Below are positions 62,674-64,000 of a stretch of 64,000 nt of DNA, piece by piece. Source of the DNA: Eledone cirrhosa (taxonomy: Eukaryota); NCBI GenBank assembly GCA_964016885.1, contig OZ024743.1:213466001-213530000 (forward strand), written 5' to 3'. Numbering within the stretch: position 1 is the stretch's first letter; each line of letters starts with the position of its first letter. The notes beneath the pieces are model-generated. The model did not search any database. It was given only the letters and a program-made list of their open reading frames with translations, and was not told the DNA's origin. A program made the translations under genes and the position numbers.

Positions 62674-64000
62674 TTGGTGGCAATGGATGCCATTTCCACC
62701 TCGCACACTGTCGTGAGTGCTACGCCCACTAGGAAAAGTGGTGGATGGAAGGTAGGAGTACAAAGCTTGCAGCCTTCCCCCCTCGCATTATCGAAAAACG
62801 TTGAAAATATTGAAACCACGAAACCAAACCCGGTAAATAATACCAGCACCAACAACAAGAACAATGACAATAACACCACAACCAACAACTGCAACAATAG
62901 CAACACCAAGGAAAACATGAACAATATTACCAACAGTGACAGCAACAAAAAAGACAACAACACCAAAACAACATTCGCACAGACTGTAAAAAAAAACGAA
63001 CTATACACGCCAATAGACATAACAAATGCTAAACAACTATTACAAGACGCAAAACAATTCGTGACTTTTGGTAAAAACCGTGATTTTAGCATCAATTCTC
63101 CACAGGAATTACGAAGAGAGGCTGTCCTGAAAACTGGTTTTCAGGACAATATCGAACGAAACAAGAAAACCAGCTCAATTATCACAAAATGAAATTATGC
63201 TGGTTCTAAAAGATGCAATGAAGGACTTAACCTTCATACAAAAAGGCAAACTGTTTGGTAGCATTTCGGTGCTAATGAACAACCAGTCAACAGCACAGAA
63301 GTACACGGTATCACCCATTGTGTCCTCCCGCTTCACCTTTTTCCCCACATACAGGGGGAAAAGGACACAAAGAATAAAAATAATGAGTATCACACCAAAT
63401 GTAAATATTTGGTGGATACTATGTGGAATCATTGACTTTGACGAAGACAAGATAATTTCAATAGGAAAGTCCTCCGGAGGTGTATTTGGTGGGACCAGCG
63501 TAGAAGTTCTGGTGCAAATGATCCCAGAACGAATAGCGAATATCCCACAACGCGTGCCTCTAGACGGGCTAACTTATATAAACATTTCAGTGGAGGGAAG
63601 GCGGCCGTCATGTTACCACTGCTTAAGTAGGGGTCACCTGAGGGCTGCCTGTCCTCAATTAACGAGTAAAAAAAAAAGGCTCTTCTGCCAACCCCGAACA
63701 CAACAACACAACCACCACCACCACAACAACAACAACAACCACAACAACACGGAAAAATAACAACACAAAACACTGTTCCACCCAACCCCTCCCCACCTAA
63801 AACAAATACAAAAGCAACCACAACAAAACCCCAAAACATACCCCTCCCCAACAACACGGAAGAGGACTCCGTATCAACGTCACCCAGTGACGACGAGGGA
63901 GAATCCTTTCAACAGTTGAAAAAAAGGCACCACATTAACAAAAATGCCACAAACACACAACCACCAGCACAAACAGAACAAACATCACAAATAAAAACCC
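62674..64000 (+). pseudogene. ORF1 of a fifth, more divergent Tx1/L1-type element (runs off the window)
   Basis: N-rich N-terminus, TFAQTVKK (cf. ISFAGIAK), ISVEGRRPSCYHCLSRGHLRAAC knuckle, P/T-rich linker. Frameshift near 63190. Confidence 0.8.

Overview
This is AT-rich eukaryotic (metazoan) DNA, repeat-dense and intergenic or intronic. The microsatellite load and SINE family suggest a cephalopod/octopus-like genome, but that is inference. No host gene can be supported with confidence. Two microsatellite-anchored retroelement communities dominate. (1) (AAT)n tracts hold four near-full-length but disrupted Tx1/L1-type non-LTR retrotransposons (zinc-knuckle ORF1 plus APE-RT ORF2, minus strand), two 3' fragments of R4/Dong-type RLE elements and a SINE. 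Six of these insertions are strung on one 18.5-kb AAT array at 41057-59628. (2) (TA)n tracts hold a Penelope-like GIY-YIG element and at least eight non-coding fold-back or tandem elements. Many of these carry type I hammerhead ribozyme motifs. Three unrelated families use the compensated U3:A8 core (TTGANAA instead of CTGANGA). One of them forms a 592-nt tandem (retrozyme-like) unit, and another fold-back element is headed by a complete tRNA-like cloverleaf. Also present are tRNA-derived SINEs, RTE and CR1 fragments, decayed Tc1/mariner pieces and many simple repeats.
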